A stretch of DNA of 64,000 nucleotides from an uncultured delta proteobacterium (GTDB lineage Bacteria; Myxococcota_A; Polyangia; Haliangiales; Haliangiaceae), in contig CAWKDB010000010.1 of assembly GCA_963848295.1 (NCBI GenBank), positions 1,856,001 through 1,920,000 on the forward strand, written 5' to 3'. The position numbers were made by a program, and so were the translations under genes. Positions within the stretch are counted from its first letter, which is position 1. Each line of letters opens with the position of its first letter. Of the stretch, positions 1-13,402 are shown piece after piece. The notes beneath the pieces are model-generated. The model was not told the origin of the DNA and did no database searches. It saw only the letters and a program-made list of their open reading frames with translations.

Positions 1-155
1 AGATCAAGCCGGAACCGCCCGTAAAGCCGGTCGGGATGGGCAAGGCCACTCGGGGCGTTGAGCCGGCATCTGTGGACGATCTCGACGAACGCCAAGCGAC
101 CTCGTGGATGAAACAAGCCGCCGCCATTCCCTTCTTCGGCGCGAAGAAGCGATAA
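1..155 (+). CDS. 3' end of DUF1801/YdhG-like protein (partial)
   Basis: Frame from base 3 reads IKPEPPVKPVGMGKATRGVEPASVDDLDERQATSWMKQAAAIP...KKR-TAA(153-155), resembling DUF1801 C-termini; not in the ORF track. Confidence 0.6.
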   Translation, partial: IKPEPPVKPVGMGKATRGVEPASVDDLDERQATSWMKQAAAIPFFGAKKR

Positions 156-367
156 GCCACCCTCGGCCTCGCGGACCGTAGGATGTGTAGCGCGCGCCGC
201 CGCGCGCCGGATCGGCGGCGACATGCGCTGCTCGAGCCAGGGCAACCGGAGGTTCCCCCACGCTCACGACGATGTGCCGGTCGCGCAGGTCGCGCAACCG
301 TGACAGCGTCGTTAACACGCGCTGCGCCGGCCCCGTGGCGGCTGCCGCCGCGCTACTACTGCCAGCC

Positions 368-1570
368 ATGGCGTTTGACTTCATCATCGCGCTCGACGGT
401 CACGGCCTGAACGGCTTCGAAGGGTTCGCCGGCATCGCCCGGCTCGCGTGCGAGCCCGACGCCGATCGCTGGCAGCCCGAGGTGAAGTTCTTCGACGGCG
501 TCGCGGGCGGACATGCGGTGCAACTCTCGCCGCGCGGCACCGTCGGGTTTCTTGGCAACCTGTCGCAGCAGCTGGTGTTCTTCGACCCACTCACCCTCGA
601 GGAACGCGCGCGCTGCTCGACGTTGCGGTTCGGCGCGCCGTCGTGCTTCTACGAGAGCCAGACCCACGTAGCGTGGCTCGACGAAGACGCGTTCGTGGCC
701 GCGATCGGCGGCCAGTTCTGGCGGTTCTCGCTCGCCGACCTCGAGCACCCACGCGCGCTCGGGCCGCATGGCGTGACCCTGCCGCACGCGATGAAGCGCA
801 CCGCGAGCGGCCGGTACCTCGTGTACGGCGCGATGGACATCGCGGGACAGTTCGCGAACCAGCTCGGGATCTTCGATCTCGAGACCGCCACCGCCCGCGT
901 CGTCGCGCTGCCGGCGACGGTGTGGCACCTCGGCGTGCATCCGACGCGCGACCTCTGCTACGCGCCGACCCAGCGCTGCATCCCGCAGGACGGGGACTTC
1001 ACCGAGTACGCGATCGCGCACTTCAAGAACTACCTGTTCGAGGTCGACGTCGCCGGTGCGCGCGTGACTCGTCATCTCGCGGTCGCGAAGGACCAGCCCG
1101 GCGCACTGACGTCGGACGTCGTCGTCACCGAGGACGAGGTGCTCTACAACGGCCCCGCCGCGAGCGTGCTCGCCCGCGTGCGGCTCGACGACTTCACGCA
1201 CGTGGAGTGGATCAGCGAGCGAGCGCGACCGCGCGATCAGCTGCGCGGGTGGCGCGCCGGCGTCGGTAACCTGGTCGAGGTCGCGTCGCGCATCAACCTG
1301 CCGAACGCGACGCATTGGTTGATCAAGGCGATCCGGATCGCAGGCGGGAGCATGCTCGACGGCAGCTATGGCCTCGGCATGTCGCCCGACCATCGGTTCT
1401 TGCTGTCCGCGCATCGCGGGCTCAACGAGGTGATCGTCTATCGCTACCCCGAGCTCGAGGTCCATCGCCGCGTCGCGTTCCCGCCGATGCGCGAGTTCTG
1501 CAAGCAGCTCGGCCGGTTCGCCGACACCCGCCTCGGCTTCCATCACTCGACGATCCGCGCGGTGACTTAA
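368..1570 (+). CDS. Hypothetical protein, probably beta-propeller-like
   Basis: 400 aa from ATG 368; protein-like composition, repeated short beta-strand/His-containing segments. Confidence 0.6.
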   Translation: MAFDFIIALDGHGLNGFEGFAGIARLACEPDADRWQPEVKFFDGVAGGHAVQLSPRGTVGFLGNLSQQLVFFDPLTLEERARCSTLRFGAPSCFYESQTHVAWLDEDAFVAAIGGQFWRFSLADLEHPRALGPHGVTLPHAMKRTASGRYLVYGAMDIAGQFANQLGIFDLETATARVVALPATVWHLGVHPTRDLCYAPTQRCIPQDGDFTEYAIAHFKNYLFEVDVAGARVTRHLAVAKDQPGALTSDVVVTEDEVLYNGPAASVLARVRLDDFTHVEWISERARPRDQLRGWRAGVGNLVEVASRINLPNATHWLIKAIRIAGGSMLDGSYGLGMSPDHRFLLSAHRGLNEVIVYRYPELEVHRRVAFPPMREFCKQLGRFADTRLGFHHSTIRAVT

Positions 1571-3039
1571 CCGGGCCGCAGCTCGTACGGCGCACGATCG
1601 AAGCGACGGAGCCGGCGGCGCAGATCGATCGTAGTCCACGGATAGATCGAGCTGTTGCGGCCGTTCTCGTCGACGTAGTAACTGGCGCAGCCGGTGTTGA
1701 ACACGGTCCCGGCGAGCGCGGCCTGGACCCGGTCGTTCCACGCGTCCTGTGCGCTGGCGCGGATCTCCAGCACGTCGATCGCGTCGCGCTTCGCGGTCGC
1801 GATCGCGTCGGCGACATAGCGCGCCTGCGCCTCGATCACGATCAGCGCCGAACCATGCCCGTTGCCGGTGTTCGGGCCGAACATCAGGAACGCGTTCGGA
1901 AAGCCATGGCACGTCGTACCGATATAGGCCTGCGGGCTGCCCGCCCAGAAGTCGCCGAGGCTCGTGCCGTCGCGGCCGACCACCGTCTTCGACATCGCCG
2001 TGTTCGTGACGAAGAAGCCGGTGCCGAAGATGATCGTATCGACCTTGCGCTCGATGCCGTCGGCGCCGACGATCCCATCGCGGGTGACCTCGGTCGCGGC
2101 GCGGGGAACGAGCTCGGCGTTGGGCGCCTGCACCGCCGCGTACCACGTGTTCGAGAACAGCATGCGCTTGCACGCGAGCGTGAACTTCGGAGTGAGCGCG
2201 CGGCGCAGCGCCGGATCCCGGACCTGGCGCTCGAGATAGGCGACACCGATGCGTTGGAGCTGTCGCATCGTCGCCGGGCTGCGCTGGGCGAGCTGCAACG
2301 TCTCGGTGAAGCCGTAGATCGCGCTGCGCACCGCCTGCTGAAACCCCGGCACGTGCTTGAGCAGCCACTGCTCGCGCCGGGTCAGTGCGCGGTCCAGCCG
2401 CGGCAGCACCCACGGCGCCGAGCGCTGGAACACGACGACGCGTTCGACCAGCGGCTGGATCTTCGGCACGAACTGGATCGCCGACGATCCGGTGCCGAGC
2501 ACCGCGACTCGCCGGCCGCGCAGGTCGTGGTCGTGCCGCCAGCGCGCGGAGTGAAAGGTCGTGCCGGCGAACGTCTCGAGCCCCGGCAACTCGGGGATCT
2601 GGGTCTCGTGCAGCGGCCCCTGGCCGAGCACCAGGAACTTCGCCACGTAGTGCCCGCGCGGCGTCTCGATGACCCAGCTACGGCTGGCGTCGTCCCACTT
2701 CGACGTCTTCGCCTCGGTGTCGAAGTGAATGTGGGGCGTGACCTCGTAGCGCTTCGCGACGTCGAGCAGGTACGCCTGGATCTCGGGCTGCTCGGCGAAC
2801 ACGCGGCTCCAGTTCGCCTTGCGCGCGAACGAGTACGAGTACAGCAGCGACGGCACGTCGCACGCGCAGCCGGGGTAGGTGTTCTCGCGCCACGTGCCGC
2901 CGAGCTGACTCGCCTTCTCGAGCAGGATGAAGTCGCGCACGCCTCGCTTGAGCAGGTGGATCGCGACCGCGAGCCCGGAAAACCCGGCGCCGATGATCAC
3001 GACACGGGTATGGGTGGTCTCCATGAGCGTGACACCCAT
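1567..3039 (-). CDS. Flavin-containing (Baeyer-Villiger type) monooxygenase
   Basis: GAGFSG, GGTWRENTYPGCACD, FHSARW fingerprint, second GTGSS motif. Confidence 0.93.
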   Translation of the reverse strand: MGVTLMETTHTRVVIIGAGFSGLAVAIHLLKRGVRDFILLEKASQLGGTWRENTYPGCACDVPSLLYSYSFARKANWSRVFAEQPEIQAYLLDVAKRYEVTPHIHFDTEAKTSKWDDASRSWVIETPRGHYVAKFLVLGQGPLHETQIPELPGLETFAGTTFHSARWRHDHDLRGRRVAVLGTGSSAIQFVPKIQPLVERVVVFQRSAPWVLPRLDRALTRREQWLLKHVPGFQQAVRSAIYGFTETLQLAQRSPATMRQLQRIGVAYLERQVRDPALRRALTPKFTLACKRMLFSNTWYAAVQAPNAELVPRAATEVTRDGIVGADGIERKVDTIIFGTGFFVTNTAMSKTVVGRDGTSLGDFWAGSPQAYIGTTCHGFPNAFLMFGPNTGNGHGSALIVIEAQARYVADAIATAKRDAIDVLEIRASAQDAWNDRVQAALAGTVFNTGCASYYVDENGRNSSIYPWTTIDLRRRLRRFDRAPYELRPG

Positions 3040-3092
3040 GGCGTTTCATGTTTGGGGCTGCGAGGCCAGCCGAAACCACCGGGGTCTCGCCA

Positions 3093-3106
3093 GACATGGC
3101 AATGTC
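3093..3106. promoter_or_regulatory. Palindrome GACAT-GGCA-ATGTC between divergent BVMO and SDR genes; possible repressor operator
   Basis: Inverted repeat in a 78 bp divergent intergenic region. Confidence 0.35.
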
Positions 3107-3117
3107 ACAACCTCGCG

Positions 3118-3885
3118 ATGGACTACAGGACGGCTTTCATCACCGGCGCCGCCGGTGGGCTTGGCTCCGCGCTGGCTCGCGAGCTGGCGGACTCCGGCGT
3201 CGCGGTCGCGCTCTCCGACCGCCGGCCCGAGGAGCTCGAAGCGGTCGCGCACGCGATCCGCGCCGCCGGCGGAGCCGTCCGGACCTACGTGCTCGATGTC
3301 GCGCAGCCCGACGCGGTGCGCACGACGATCGAGCGTGCCGACGACGAGATGGGCGGGATCGATGTCGTCATCGCGAACGCCGGCACGAACGTCGAGTGCT
3401 GGTCGGGTGACCTCACGTTCGAGGACTTTCGCGCCGGAACCGCGGTCAACCTCGACGGCGCGGTCGCGACCCTGCTCGCGATCCTGCCGCGCATGTGCGA
3501 GCGCAGGCGCGGCCATCTCGTCGGCATCTCGAGCCTCGCGCAGTACCGCGGGCTGCCAGGCAACGCGATGTACTCCGCGACGAAGGCGTTCCTGAGCACG
3601 TTCCTCGAGAGCCTGCGCGCCGACCTCCACAGCGTGGGCGTCTCGGTGACCGACGTGCGCCCGGGATTCGTGAACACGCCGATGTCGGACGCCGCGAGCG
3701 GCCCACATCCATTCCTGGTCGAGAGCGATCGCGCAGCCGAGATCATCGTGCGAGAGGTCGCCAAGCGACGAGCGGTGGTCGCGTTCCCGTGGCAGCTCGC
3801 GGCGATCACGCGCTGTGGCATGTTGCTGCCCGCTTCACTCTATGACCGGATCGTGAACGCGGCGCGAAAGGACCCCAAACCATGA
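3118..3885 (+). CDS. Short-chain dehydrogenase/reductase
   Basis: TGAAGGLG, NAG, YSATK; C-terminal part of ORF 1315..3885, start ATG 3118. Confidence 0.92.
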   Translation: MDYRTAFITGAAGGLGSALARELADSGVAVALSDRRPEELEAVAHAIRAAGGAVRTYVLDVAQPDAVRTTIERADDEMGGIDVVIANAGTNVECWSGDLTFEDFRAGTAVNLDGAVATLLAILPRMCERRRGHLVGISSLAQYRGLPGNAMYSATKAFLSTFLESLRADLHSVGVSVTDVRPGFVNTPMSDAASGPHPFLVESDRAAEIIVREVAKRRAVVAFPWQLAAITRCGMLLPASLYDRIVNAARKDPKP

Positions 3886-4901
3886 AGGCACTCGTCCTCA
3901 CCGGCCACGGCGCACCCGAGGTGCTGAAGGTGCGCGAGCAGCCCGAGCCGGTCGCGAGTCGCGGCCAGATCCGCATTGGCGTGCGCGCTGCCGGCGTGAA
4001 CTTCGCCGACATCATGGCCCGCCAGGGCTTGTATCCCGACGCACCCAAGCCGCCGGCCGTGCTCGGCTACGAAATCGCGGGCACCGTCGAGTCGGTCGGC
4101 GACGGAGTGACGCGGTGGAAGGTCGGCGACCGCGTCATCGCCGGGACCCGGTTCAAGGGCTTCGCGGAGCTCGCGGTAGTGGGCGAACACGACGCGCTTG
4201 TCCTGCCCGATGCGCTCGGCTTCGAAGAGGGCGCCGCGATCCCCGTGGCTTACGGCACCGCGTACGCGGCGGTGGTGCGCCTCGGAAACGTCCAGCCAGG
4301 GGACTGGATCCTGATCCATGCCGTCGCCGGCGGAGTCGGCATCGCGGCGACGCAGCTCGCGCACCGGCTCGGCGCGCGGATCTTCGGCACCGCGTCGAAG
4401 AGCAAGCGCCCCGCTGCGCAAGCGCAGGGCGTCGAGCGCGTGATCGACTACCACACCGAGGACGTGCCGCGCGCGGTTCGCGAGATCACCGGCGGGCGCG
4501 GGCTCGACGTCATCCTCGACGCACGCGGCGGGCGCGACTTCAAGGAGAGCTACGAGCTCTTGCGCCCTGGCGGCCGCCTCGTCATGTACGGGGCGAGCTC
4601 GGCCGTCACCGACGACCGGCGGAATCTGTGGTCGGCGCTGAAGATGATCGTCGGGATGCCGCGCTTCGGCTCGATGAACTTGATGGAACACAACAAGGCT
4701 GTGCTCGGGCTCAACCTGCTACGGCTGTGGGACGATCGCGGATCGTTCGAGGAGATCGCGCGGCCGCTCACCGCCCTGCTAGCCGAAGGCGCAATCAAGC
4801 CCGTGGTCGGGCGCGTGTTTCCGTTGGACCAGGCGGCCAAAGCGCACCGGTTCGTGCAGGACCGCCAGAACATAGGTAAGGTCGTGCTGCGCGTCTCATG
4901 A
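3882..4901 (+). CDS. Medium-chain dehydrogenase/reductase (VAT-1/quinone oxidoreductase-like)
   Basis: GVNFAD, GYEIAG, AGGVG, C-terminal GKVVL; ATGA coupling to the SDR. Confidence 0.92.
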   Translation: MKALVLTGHGAPEVLKVREQPEPVASRGQIRIGVRAAGVNFADIMARQGLYPDAPKPPAVLGYEIAGTVESVGDGVTRWKVGDRVIAGTRFKGFAELAVVGEHDALVLPDALGFEEGAAIPVAYGTAYAAVVRLGNVQPGDWILIHAVAGGVGIAATQLAHRLGARIFGTASKSKRPAAQAQGVERVIDYHTEDVPRAVREITGGRGLDVILDARGGRDFKESYELLRPGGRLVMYGASSAVTDDRRNLWSALKMIVGMPRFGSMNLMEHNKAVLGLNLLRLWDDRGSFEEIARPLTALLAEGAIKPVVGRVFPLDQAAKAHRFVQDRQNIGKVVLRVS

Positions 4902-4905
4902 GTGG

Positions 4906-5511
4906 TCACCGTCCCGCAATCGGTCGTTCGGCGCCTGCTTCGCCTTCAGCAAGCGTGTCGTGAAGGCGTTCCTGTGTCGTCCCGAGCGCACTCGACAACT
5001 TGCTCGAGCCGTGCGGATTGGAAGCGGCGATCGAGTCGTGCTGAACCAGGTCGGGCGTTGACTCGCTGATCGGATGTTCGCTGCCAGCCCGTCCCGAGGC
5101 GATGCTGCGCGAGCGCGGCTGTTCGGCGTGCCGAACGAGCTCGGGAGTCGGAGGAGCAAGCAGCCGCGCGAGCGCTGGTGGTAGCGCGGCGCAGAGAGCA
5201 CTCCTGGCCTCCTCGGATAGATCTTCGGCGAGGACCAGACATACGCTCGCGACGAGCTCGTGGGCGTGTCCGAGCGTGATCCCCGGCGCGAGGATGCGCT
5301 CTTCGATGGGAACCGCGCTCGAGCCACCTCGTCGCAGCGCGTCGGCCAGAGTCTCGGGAAGCTCGCTCGAGACGAGATCGCGGATCGTAGGCGACAGATA
5401 CGGCGCGATCCCCGATAGCACGTTCGCCGTCAGTACCGCCGCGCGCTCGGTCGTGATGCCCGCGTGCGCGGCGACGTGCGACAGCAGCTCCTCGGTGCGG
5501 ATCGCTGTCAT
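4906..5511 (-). CDS. DUF2267-family protein with C-terminal extension
   Basis: ATG 5511 coupled to the SDR stop; duplicated helical unit typical of DUF2267. Confidence 0.65.
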   Translation of the reverse strand: MTAIRTEELLSHVAAHAGITTERAAVLTANVLSGIAPYLSPTIRDLVSSELPETLADALRRGGSSAVPIEERILAPGITLGHAHELVASVCLVLAEDLSEEARSALCAALPPALARLLAPPTPELVRHAEQPRSRSIASGRAGSEHPISESTPDLVQHDSIAASNPHGSSKLSSALGTTQERLHDTLAEGEAGAERPIAGR

Positions 5512-6266
5512 TGCGCGACCCATCCGCCATCGACCGCGATCGGCTGACCCGTCACGAACGAGGCCGCGTCCGAGCACAGCCAGACCACCGCCTCGGCGAC
5601 CTCTTCTGGCTTGCCGAGCCGGCCGATCGGCTCGCCGGCAACGAGCTGCTGCTGGATCTGCGCTTCGCCGTGTGCGAACCGGTCGATCATCGGTGTCTTG
5701 ATCACGCCCGGACACACCGCGTTGACGCGGATATTAGACTTCGCGAGCTCGATTGCTCCGGTCTTCGTCAAGCCGACGACGCCGTGCTTCGCCGCGACAT
5801 AGGCCGGGATGCCGACGAAGCCGACCAGCCCGGCGACCGACGCGCAATTCACGATCGCCCCAGCGCCTTGCTTCAGCATCTGCGGGATCTCGTGCTTCAT
5901 GCACAACCAGATGCCCTTCAGGTTGATGCCGAGCACGCGGTCCCAGTTCGCTTCGCTGCACCCGGAGATCGAGCTTTGTTCGCCTTCGATGCCCGCGTTG
6001 TTGAAGGCGCAATCGATCCGGCCGAAGGTCTCGATCGTCTTGCCGAGTGCGGACCGCACGTCGCTGTCCTTCGAGACGTCGCACGAAACATAGAGTGCGC
6101 GCGCGCCGCGAGCTTCGACGAGACGTGCGGTCTCGCGTCCGCCGTCGGCGAGCACATCGGCGATTGCGACATTGGCTCCCTCGCGCGCGAACGCGAGGGC
6201 GGTAGCGCGACCGATTCCAGAAGACGCGCCGGTGATGAAGACGACCTTGTTTGACATGATGTTCAT
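5508..6266 (-). CDS. SDR family oxidoreductase (glucose 1-dehydrogenase-like)
   Basis: TGASSGIG, NNAG, YVAAK, VDGG. Confidence 0.93.
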   Translation of the reverse strand: MNIMSNKVVFITGASSGIGRATALAFAREGANVAIADVLADGGRETARLVEARGARALYVSCDVSKDSDVRSALGKTIETFGRIDCAFNNAGIEGEQSSISGCSEANWDRVLGINLKGIWLCMKHEIPQMLKQGAGAIVNCASVAGLVGFVGIPAYVAAKHGVVGLTKTGAIELAKSNIRVNAVCPGVIKTPMIDRFAHGEAQIQQQLVAGEPIGRLGKPEEVAEAVVWLCSDAASFVTGQPIAVDGGWVAQ

Positions 6267-6278
6267 GACGATCGGGTC

Positions 6279-6294
6279 AGCAACGACCGTGCCG
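6279..6294 (-). promoter_or_regulatory. sigma54 -24/-12 promoter (SDR-DUF2267)
   Basis: CGGCACGGTCGTTGCT; ATG 6266 is 14 nt after the -12 C. Confidence 0.85.
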
Positions 6295-6313
6295 CCGTTG
6301 TTCTCGCAAAACG

Positions 6314-6326
6314 CGCAGATCGTGCG
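6314..6326. promoter_or_regulatory. CGCA-N5-TGCG palindrome
   Basis: CGCAGATCGTGCG, 20 nt from the promoter. Confidence 0.6.
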
Positions 6327-6329
6327 GCA

Positions 6330-6387
6330 TCGGAAGACCGCCGTGACCTCGGCGAGATCGGCTCAGCTCCACGGCCGGGTCTTCCGA
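6330..6387. repeat. Imperfect inverted repeat / stem-loop
   Basis: TCGGAAGACC-G-CCGTG ... CACGG-CCG-GGTCTTCCGA. Confidence 0.5.
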
Positions 6388-6390
6388 GAC

Positions 6391-6591
6391 ATGGAGTCGA
6401 CGTTCGACCTCGCACGAGGTCGTGCTCGAGCGGTCGCACCAACGTCAGCACCGTATGTCGCGATTCGCGCTGCGTTTCGTGCGGCGCGGCGTCAGTTACA
6501 GGAGAGCGCGCATCGTTTGCGCGGCGACGTCAAGAATGAAGTAATCGCTGCGCGCGCGGCACGAGATTTCGCCCGCGTGAGCACTCCGTAG
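6391..6591 (+). pseudogene. Remnant of HPF/RaiA-family ribosome-associated protein
   Basis: PYVAIRAAFRAARRQLQESAHRLRGDVK resembles the last helix of HPF/RaiA(-cold shock domain) proteins; the rest is missing. Confidence 0.55.
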
Positions 6592-6675
6592 CGAACCGCG
6601 ATCGAGCAAGTCGGTCGCGGATCTCGAGATGGCAAGGCGCGCAGATCGCCAGAAGATTGCCGTAAGCGCGCTCGT

Positions 6676-6691
6676 TGGAACGTGGGATGCA
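6676..6691 (+). promoter_or_regulatory. sigma54 promoter (USP)
   Basis: TGGAACGTGGGATGCA; ATG 6704 at 14 nt. Confidence 0.8.
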
Positions 6692-6703
6692 GCGGTAGCG
6701 GGC

Positions 6704-7588
6704 ATGTTCAAGAAGATCTTGTGCCCGATCGACTTCTCGATCGATTCCAAGACTGCCTTGCAGGTCGCGGTTCGAATGGCGGTGGACGCTGATGCCGAGT
6801 TGGAGCTCGTGCACGTATGGAATCTACCCGTCATGCCTTCGAGCCGGTTTCCACTGCCGGTCGACGCGGTCGAGCTCGTGATGAACGAACAAGAACGCGA
6901 GCTCGCGTCGGCAGCGCGCGATGCGTCGCGATTGGGTGCGAAGAACGTGACCACCAAGCTCATCAACGGAGCGGCGTGGGATCGGATCGTCCACGCGGCC
7001 GCCGATGCGGTCGATCTCGTGGTGATCGGAACGCGTGGACGAACGGGGATCGCACGCGTGCTACTCGGATCGGTCGCCGAGAAGGTCGTCCGTCATGCTG
7101 CGTGCTCGGTGCTCGTGGCGCGGCCTCGGGGCGACGCGAAGGCATTCGAGCGCGTGCTATGTCCGGTCGATTTCTCCGATAGCTCGAAGCAGGCGGTCGA
7201 GCTTGCTGCACAGCTCGCCGCGCCGCGCGGGGCAGGTATCACGCTGTTCCACGCCATCGAGATCCCGGCCATCTATTACGACGAGGCGTTGCCGCCGGAC
7301 TTTCTCGGAGACGTCGAGAAGCAGACGACGCACCTGATCGAGCAGTGGGCGGCCGATCTGAGGACGAAGACGTCGGTTCCGGTCACCACGGAGCTCCAGA
7401 CCGGCGGGGCCGGAGCGCGGATCCTCGATAGGCTCGATGGCGCCACGTATGACCTCGTGGTCGTCGGTAGTCACGGACGGACCGGACTCCAGCGGGTACT
7501 GCTGGGTTCCACCGCCGAGAAGGTCGTTCGCCACGCGCCGTGCTCGGTGCTCGTGGCGAGGGCTCGCACTACTCCAGGGCCACGATGA
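6704..7588 (+). CDS. Tandem-domain universal stress protein
   Basis: Two Usp domains: LCP(I/V)DFS ... G(T/S)xGRTG...LLGSxAEKVVRHAxCSVLV. Confidence 0.95.
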   Translation: MFKKILCPIDFSIDSKTALQVAVRMAVDADAELELVHVWNLPVMPSSRFPLPVDAVELVMNEQERELASAARDASRLGAKNVTTKLINGAAWDRIVHAAADAVDLVVIGTRGRTGIARVLLGSVAEKVVRHAACSVLVARPRGDAKAFERVLCPVDFSDSSKQAVELAAQLAAPRGAGITLFHAIEIPAIYYDEALPPDFLGDVEKQTTHLIEQWAADLRTKTSVPVTTELQTGGAGARILDRLDGATYDLVVVGSHGRTGLQRVLLGSTAEKVVRHAPCSVLVARARTTPGPR

Positions 7589-7797
7589 TGACCACTTCAT
7601 ATCACCTGCATCGGATGGGCGCGATGGAAGCGAACGCCGCCAAGCGCAGCACCGACCTCGAGCCATCCGCACCCGAGCCCGATGTGCCGCGGTGCGAACA
7701 ATGCGGTGAGGCGCTCGATCCCAAACGACATCGGAGTCGTCCGATCCGCGAACGCTGTGTCGACTGCGCGTTCGATACGCTGCCCTGCACCGATTGA
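7585..7797 (+). CDS. Small protein with TraR/DksA-type C4 zinc finger only
   Basis: CEQCGEALDPKRHRSRPIRERCVDC; ATGA overlap with the USP stop; no DksA coiled coil. Confidence 0.55.
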   Translation: MMTTSYHLHRMGAMEANAAKRSTDLEPSAPEPDVPRCEQCGEALDPKRHRSRPIRERCVDCAFDTLPCTD

Positions 7798-7891
7798 GCG
7801 GCATCAGCGCCGCCTGCACCAGCGCGGGCGTCGGTCACCCTCGGCGATGACCAGGCCGCGCGCGGCGAGGATGAGCCATGTGATGGTCACG

Positions 7892-8197
7892 TCACGTTCT
7901 CGCGATCTCGCGCTCGTCGTCGCGCTGTTCTGCATCTTCGAGCACAAGCTGTTCGAGGATGGCGCGAACTTCCGCTTCACGCGCAGACGGCGGCTCGTGA
8001 CGGGACTCTCCGAACGTGTCCTCGTCTTCAATCGCTGCGACCGCCGCGGTCACTTCATCCAGGGTCGCGCCGGTGACGAGCAGCTGCTCGATCGCGAGCG
8101 GCTCGAGCTCTCCCAAAACGGCGATCAGCTCGGCGGCAGTAGCGGGTCGATCAGCCGAGCGATCATGAACGCTCGTGGTGGTCCTGGGTTCGATCAT
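7892..8197 (-). CDS. Small acidic hypothetical protein (101 aa)
   Basis: Protein-like from ATG 8197; has its own sigma54 promoter. Confidence 0.65.
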   Translation of the reverse strand: MIEPRTTTSVHDRSADRPATAAELIAVLGELEPLAIEQLLVTGATLDEVTAAVAAIEDEDTFGESRHEPPSAREAEVRAILEQLVLEDAEQRDDEREIART

Positions 8198-8209
8198 AGC
8201 TATGAGCGC

Positions 8210-8225
8210 TGCACGCGTCGTGCCG
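8210..8225 (-). promoter_or_regulatory. sigma54 promoter
   Basis: CGGCACGACGCGTGCA; ATG 8197 at 14 nt. Confidence 0.8.
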
Positions 8226-8267
8226 CTCGGGGTCGGGCCCAGCCGATCCGGCTCGCTGCGCAAACAG

Positions 8268-11976
<3,709 letters not shown>

Positions 11977-11990
11977 TCACCATGTCCTGC

Positions 11991-12006
11991 AGCAAGTGAC
12001 GTGCCG
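11991..12006 (-). promoter_or_regulatory. sigma54 promoter (small ORF-ligA-polX)
   Basis: CGGCACGTCACTTGCT. Confidence 0.85.
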
Positions 12007-12038
12007 CTGCGAAAGAGCGCCACTACGAACACGAGGGC

Positions 12039-12054
12039 TGGCTCGGCCCTTGCT
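12039..12054 (+). promoter_or_regulatory. sigma54 promoter (CBS protein)
   Basis: TGGCTCGGCCCTTGCT; ATG 12067 at 14 nt. Confidence 0.85.
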
Positions 12055-12066
12055 CGACTGCCGAGC

Positions 12067-12609
12067 ATGAAGACTTCCCTGCCCACATCACGCGCACGCG
12101 ATCTCATGGAGCGCGACGTCATCACGGTCACGCCGGAGACGCGCATCCTCGATCTCCACCGGTTACTCGTCGAAGAAGAGATCCATGGCGCGCCGGTCGT
12201 CGGAGACGACGGTCGCGTCCGCGGGGTCGTCTCGGCGCTCGATCTCCTGCGCGTCGTTCGCGACGAGCTGGAGCCCGGGGCCGGCGCCACCGCCACGACG
12301 TACTTTCGCGACGAGCTTCCCTATTCTGGCCCGGACTGGCTGGCGATGCCGGAGGACTTTCAAGATCGCATGCAAGACCTCACGGCCGAAGACGCGATGA
12401 CGAAAGCGCTCGTGACCGTTGGACCGGACGCGGCCGTCGATGACATCGCACGCACGATGCTCGAGCATCGCGTGCACCGCGTTCTCGTGTGCGACGACGA
12501 GGCGCTGCTCGGCGTGATCAGCGCGTTCGATCTGCTGCGGGTGTTGTGTCGAATTCCGGCGACCCGGCCGCTGGATTCAGCGACCCGCCACACCGGCTAT
12601 AGTCGCTGA
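12067..12609 (+). CDS. CBS-domain pair protein
   Basis: ARDLM...VITVTPET, GAPVV, GVVSALDLL, plus a second CBS repeat. Confidence 0.92.
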   Translation: MKTSLPTSRARDLMERDVITVTPETRILDLHRLLVEEEIHGAPVVGDDGRVRGVVSALDLLRVVRDELEPGAGATATTYFRDELPYSGPDWLAMPEDFQDRMQDLTAEDAMTKALVTVGPDAAVDDIARTMLEHRVHRVLVCDDEALLGVISAFDLLRVLCRIPATRPLDSATRHTGYSR

Positions 12610-12709
12610 TCGTCGAGACCGCGAACCAGCGCCGACGAGGACCAACCGCCGGCGGTGCGCGAGCCGCGCGTCTTTGGTCTCACGTCAGCGCGTCGCCGGC
12701 CGTTGCGAG

Positions 12710-13402
12710 TCACGATGTTCGTGGGCGCGGGGCTCGGACTCCGGTCACCCGGATCGTCGCGAAGAACACGCACAGGTACAGCGAGAGCGCCGCCGCGAAG
12801 AAACACCAGACGGACGCGAACGCATAGTCGAAGAACACCCGCGTCGCCGCGGCCGAGACGATGACGGCCACGCCCGCATGAACCATCTTATGGATCGACG
12901 AGACGAACAGCGGCGTCGACACGACGATCAGATAGAGCGCTTGCCATAGGACCCCGGGGAAGAAGGTGAACACCGGCGACTCGCCGATGTTGTAGTGGAT
13001 CGAATGGCGGCTGACCTCGAGAGCCAGCCATCCGGGACCCGTGACCAGCGGGATCATCAGGGCGAGCCCGATCCCGACGCCGAGCGCGGTCATCGCGCGC
13101 AGGAAGAACCGGGTTCTTCGAGAGCGCTCGACCAAGAGCATCGTGTACGGGATCCACACCGGCCAGAAGAACAGCGCGAAGAACAGGAACGACAGCGCGG
13201 CGACCTTGGTGAGCCCGGGGTCGCCTCGCTCGATGCCGGTCCACACCCAGCCCTCACAGAACTGCTGGACGCCGAACACGATCGGGATCATCGCCAACGG
13301 AACGTAGGCGCGATCCGTGCGCATAGCTTTGTAGACGCAATAGCTGCCGCCCGCCGCGAGCGTACCTGCGAGCGAGAAGCTCACCTCTGCGGAGACGCAC
13401 AT
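12710..13402 (-). CDS. Integral membrane protein (DUF6629-like)
   Basis: MCxSAExSF, FGVQQFCEG, SVWCFFAA; several TM helices. Confidence 0.75.
   Translation of the reverse strand: MCVSAEVSFSLAGTLAAGGSYCVYKAMRTDRAYVPLAMIPIVFGVQQFCEGWVWTGIERGDPGLTKVAALSFLFFALFFWPVWIPYTMLLVERSRRTRFFLRAMTALGVGIGLALMIPLVTGPGWLALEVSRHSIHYNIGESPVFTFFPGVLWQALYLIVVSTPLFVSSIHKMVHAGVAVIVSAAATRVFFDYAFASVWCFFAAALSLYLCVFFATIRVTGVRAPRPRTS

Noticed and set aside
1315..3117. N-terminal 600 aa of the 856-aa ORF
   Set aside because: Antisense shadow of the BVMO gene; only 3118-3885 is a real SDR
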